DNA of 64,000 nucleotides from Alphaproteobacteria bacterium (GTDB taxonomy: Bacteria > Pseudomonadota > Alphaproteobacteria > G965222575), in NCBI GenBank assembly GCA_965222575.1, contig OZ244958.1, positions 96,001 to 160,000 on the forward strand. The letters run 5' to 3'. Positions 60,578-64,000 of this stretch are shown here, one piece after another. Both the position numbers and the translations under genes were made by a program. Position 1 is the first letter of the stretch. Each line of letters begins with the position of its first letter. Below the pieces are notes generated by a model. It did no database searches. It saw nothing but the letters and a program-made list of their open reading frames with translations, and had not been told where the DNA came from.

Positions 60578-62377
60578 ATGACAACAGGTCTCCTTTCTCT
60601 CAATCAAGAGCAAGTTCTCATCCTTGCCTTACTACTCGTGATGCTTGGTCTGTTTCTATACAGTCCATGGCGCCATGATGTGGTGGCTTTGTTTACGTTG
60701 TTGATAGCCTCTATTTTAGGGCTGGTGCCAACTGATAAAATTTTTACAGGGTTCGGACACCCAGCCGTCATGCTCGTGGTGATTGTCCTGATTATTAGCT
60801 ATATTCTCACCAGAGTCGGCACACTGGATTTTTTGATAACCCTAGCAGATAAAGTCTCCTCTTACCGCTCCTTGCACACAGCCTCACTGGTTATCTCCAC
60901 AGCAGTCCTGTCTATGTTCGTGAACAACATAGCAGCCCTAACCCTAATGATGCCCATAGCACTACAATCCGTAAAAGACACCGGTCGTTCTCCCAGCACA
61001 ATCCTAATGCCCCTGTCATTTGGCTCCCTTCTAGGAGGACTCGCAACCCTCATCGGAACACCGCCGAATATTATCATAGCAACCTATAGAGCAGAAATAA
61101 CAGGCACCCCCTTCTCCATGTTCGACTTCATGCCCGTAGGAGGGCTTGTAGCCCTAGTAGGCGTTCTGTTTATCTCCTTCATAGGATGGAGACTAGTGCG
61201 TGACAGAAAGCCCTCCTCTGGAAGCCTGTCCTTGTTCAAAATCGAGTCCTATCTTTTCGAGGTGGAAATCTCTAAACAGTCACAGATTACCGGCAAAACT
61301 ATTGAAGAAGTAGAGGGCATGCTCAAACCCTACGATGTCCTATTAGCCTCCTTAATTCACCGTCGTCACTCTTACCCTATTCCGTATCGCGGGTATATCC
61401 TAGAAGATAAAGATGTTCTCGTACTAGAAGGCAATCAGGAAAATATAGACAAATTTTCTTCGCGCTTTGGGTTGACACTCCTAGAAGCAGACAGAAGCAA
61501 AGCAGTACTCACCTCCAAAGACGCTGTCATGATGGAAACAGTGGTGAAACAGGGAAGCCCCATAGAAGGATGGAAAGTAGGACAGATTGGGTTCGGTAGA
61601 AGTTATGGCATCAATGTCTTAGCGGTTTCACGCGAAGGTCAATCTCACTGTGGTCCGTTGAGAGAGTGGCGTATTCGTGCTGGAGATGTGCTACTGATAA
61701 CAGGACGAGAGGAGAGAATCAAGTCTGTGTTTCACTCCATTGGCTGCTTACCCTTAGCGAAAAGATGGGTCACCTTCGGCAAACGCAAGCGCGGACTGCT
61801 AGGGCTAGTCACCCTCGGCATAGCCGTGAGTGCCACCACTTTTGGGCTCTTTCCAATACAGGTGTGCTTACTAGCGGCTTTGTTGGTGATTTTATTCCTA
61901 CAGCTCATTCCTCTGAGTGAGTTATACGATGGAGTAGATTGGTCTGTGATTATCTTGCTAGGCTCCATGATTCCTCTAGCCACTGCTTTAGACCACTTAG
62001 GCGTCACAACACTGATTGCAAAAGAGCTTGTAGAAGGTCTACAGGGTCTGTCTCCAACGGTGATGATAGCAGGCGTCTTAATTTTCACGATGCTACTATC
62101 AGATATCTTAAATAATGCCGCCACAGCAATTTTGATGGCGCCCGTGGCAAAAGAAATAGCAGTCACAGCAGGGTTTAATGTAGACCCCTTTTTAATGGCC
62201 GTCGCCATTGGGGCCTCGTGTACATTTCTCACCCCAATAGGTCACCAGAATAATGCCCTGATATTAGGCCCCGGCGGGTATAAATTTTCTGATTACTGGC
62301 CCTTTGGTCTTCCGTTGGATATTGTGATAGTGCTAACGGCAGTGCCTATGATTTTGTGGGTTTGGCCAATCTCATGA
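60578..62377 (+). CDS. SLC13/CitMHS-type transporter with TrkA-C domains
   Basis: TLIGTPPNII, two RCK_C regions, FLTPIGHQNN...GGYKFSDY. Confidence 0.92.
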   Translation: MTTGLLSLNQEQVLILALLLVMLGLFLYSPWRHDVVALFTLLIASILGLVPTDKIFTGFGHPAVMLVVIVLIISYILTRVGTLDFLITLADKVSSYRSLHTASLVISTAVLSMFVNNIAALTLMMPIALQSVKDTGRSPSTILMPLSFGSLLGGLATLIGTPPNIIIATYRAEITGTPFSMFDFMPVGGLVALVGVLFISFIGWRLVRDRKPSSGSLSLFKIESYLFEVEISKQSQITGKTIEEVEGMLKPYDVLLASLIHRRHSYPIPYRGYILEDKDVLVLEGNQENIDKFSSRFGLTLLEADRSKAVLTSKDAVMMETVVKQGSPIEGWKVGQIGFGRSYGINVLAVSREGQSHCGPLREWRIRAGDVLLITGREERIKSVFHSIGCLPLAKRWVTFGKRKRGLLGLVTLGIAVSATTFGLFPIQVCLLAALLVILFLQLIPLSELYDGVDWSVIILLGSMIPLATALDHLGVTTLIAKELVEGLQGLSPTVMIAGVLIFTMLLSDILNNAATAILMAPVAKEIAVTAGFNVDPFLMAVAIGASCTFLTPIGHQNNALILGPGGYKFSDYWPFGLPLDIVIVLTAVPMILWVWPIS

Positions 62378-62401
62378 AAAGGACGAGGAGAGCGCCGTGT
62401 G

Positions 62402-62473
62402 CTGGGGCGGTAGGATTCGAACCTACGCATGCCGGGACCAAAACCCGGTGCCTTACCGCTTGGCTACGCCCCA
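62402..62473 (-). tRNA. tRNA-Gln(TTG)
   Basis: TGGGGCG acceptor, CCGGG-TTTTGGT-CCCGG anticodon arm, GGTTCGAATCC. Confidence 0.96.
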
Positions 62474-62520
62474 CCAAGTGACACCCTAAACTATCACACC
62501 CTTACGCTTTTTTTCAAGGA

Positions 62521-64000
62521 CTACAGCGACGATAAGGCTAAGAGTAGCAAAATGGCCACAATGTTCGTAATTTTTATCATAGGATTGATAGCGGGACCAG
62601 CGGTATCCTTATAAGGGTCTCCCACCGTATCGCCAATGACTGCTGCTTTATGGGCAGCACTACCTACCCCTCCAAAGGCGCCGTCTTCAATGAGCTTTTT
62701 CGCATTATCCCAAGCCCCCCCTCCAGCCGTCATGGCAATGGCTAAGAAGAAACCTGTCACAATAACACCTAAGAGCAGGGCACCTAAGGTCATCAACGCT
62801 TCCTCTTTTCCTACTACCCCCCACAGGATAAAGAAAACCAACAACGGAGACAGAACTGGCAACAAAGACGGCACAATCATTTGCCTAATGGCAGACCTCG
62901 TAAGAAAATCCACCGCCTTTTTATAATCCGGCGCAACACGCCCTTCCATGAGACCTTTTATGTCTCGAAATTGCCGCCGCACCTCTTTCACAATAGCACT
63001 AGCACAACGCCCCACCGCTTTCATGGCCATAGAGGCAAACAAAAAGGGCAATAACCCACCTAAAATAAGCCCCACAATGACATAAGGACTTGAGAGATTA
63101 AAGGTAATCTCCGGCAATCCTTGAAAAAAAGAACCCTCTGCAGTGCCCCTATAGAGGCGAATATCCTCTACAAACATGCCAAATAACACTAAGGCGCCAA
63201 GTCCCGCAGACCCAATAGCATACCCTTTCGTAATAGCCTTTGTCGTATTGCCTACCGCATCAAGAGTATCGGTAATTTGACGCACCTCTTTCTTCAAAGC
63301 CGCCATTTTCGCAATCCCCCCCGCATTGTCCGTCACAGGACCATAGGCATCCAACGCGACAATCACTCCGCACAAAGACAACATAGAAGAAACAGCCAAC
63401 GCAATCCCATACAATCCCGCCACATGATACGCCACAATAATCCCAACACATATCACAATAGCAGGCACAACTGTCGCTTCAAACCCTATAGCCAAGCCTT
63501 GAATAACATTAGTAGCCCCTCCAGTCTCAGAACTTTTAGCAATCTCACGTACCGGTTTCCACTTCGTGCCCGTATAGTACTCCGTCACCAACACTAACAA
63601 CAAAGAAACCACCAGCCCCACAGCAGAACAAGCCAGCAAGTCATTCCCATCAATACCACCACCACCACCATTCGTCCTTTGAAAGCCTATGACAAAATAG
63701 ACTAAAGCCATCTGCGCTAGAAAGGATAAGAAAATTGTGACAAAAAACCCTCGATATAACGCAGTCATAAGAGACTCGTTCTTCCCCAAACGCACAAAGA
63801 AAACCCCAATCACAGCAGCAATCACACTAACCGCTCCTAACAGCAACGGATATAACATCAGAAAATAGTCAGCCACCTCAAGGGTCACCAAAGCAATCAC
63901 AACCGCTGCTCCTAAAGTCACAACATAAGTTTCAAACAAATCTGCCGCCATACCAGCGCAATCGCCAACATTATCCCCAACATTATCGGCAATCACAGCA
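62521..64000 (-). CDS. hppA: Membrane-bound H+-translocating pyrophosphatase, K+-independent type (5' end outside window)
   Basis: IADNVGDNVGD, DAYGPVTDNAGG, GNTTKA (Lys marks the K+-independent class), GGAWDNAKK, GDTVGDPYKDT. Confidence 0.96.
   Translation of the reverse strand, partial: AVIADNVGDNVGDCAGMAADLFETYVVTLGAAVVIALVTLEVADYFLMLYPLLLGAVSVIAAVIGVFFVRLGKNESLMTALYRGFFVTIFLSFLAQMALVYFVIGFQRTNGGGGGIDGNDLLACSAVGLVVSLLLVLVTEYYTGTKWKPVREIAKSSETGGATNVIQGLAIGFEATVVPAIVICVGIIVAYHVAGLYGIALAVSSMLSLCGVIVALDAYGPVTDNAGGIAKMAALKKEVRQITDTLDAVGNTTKAITKGYAIGSAGLGALVLFGMFVEDIRLYRGTAEGSFFQGLPEITFNLSSPYVIVGLILGGLLPFLFASMAMKAVGRCASAIVKEVRRQFRDIKGLMEGRVAPDYKKAVDFLTRSAIRQMIVPSLLPVLSPLLVFFILWGVVGKEEALMTLGALLLGVIVTGFFLAIAMTAGGGAWDNAKKLIEDGAFGGVGSAAHKAAVIGDTVGDPYKDTAGPAINPMIKITNIVAILLLLALSSL

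Noticed and set aside
60410-60613. ORFs overlapping tRNA-Ser, and the 60524 start for the transporter
   Set aside because: Overlap the tRNA; the ATG at 60578 is the plausible start.
60469-62473. tRNAs as attachment sites for the phage-like loci
   Set aside because: No duplicated tRNA 3' end noticed and no adjacent integrase.

Overview
AT-rich bacterial chromosome segment, most likely a host-associated alphaproteobacterium (inferred from the gene orders ispDF-pgpA-cinA-lolCD, pepA-holC, secG-pyrG and rsfS-gpmI-ctpA, plus a K+-independent H+-PPase). 1-22 kb is accessory: a giant lipidated subtilisin/beta-barrel surface protein with a long Ala-rich helical repeat stalk (frame broken near 3.2-3.8 kb), a paralog that looks catalytically dead, two effector-like proteins with a shared N-terminal motif, an integrase relic, a type III-like R-M pair and an ankyrin protein. 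The main finding is an intact but reordered Mu-like siphovirus virion gene set split into two loci (portal/terminase/tail hub at 22.3-29.2 kb; Mor, tail, head and repressor at 45.5-53.7 kb) with about 16 kb of housekeeping genes between them. No transposase, replication, small terminase or clear lysis enzyme is visible. It has a miniature tape measure, an intact -1 frameshift site and a repressor that looks non-cleavable, so it is a candidate domesticated Mu-derived gene transfer agent. Three apparent pseudoenzymes (S8, S41, PhoX), four tandem-repeat arrays and two tRNAs are also present. All family calls come from motif recognition by eye; no searches were run.
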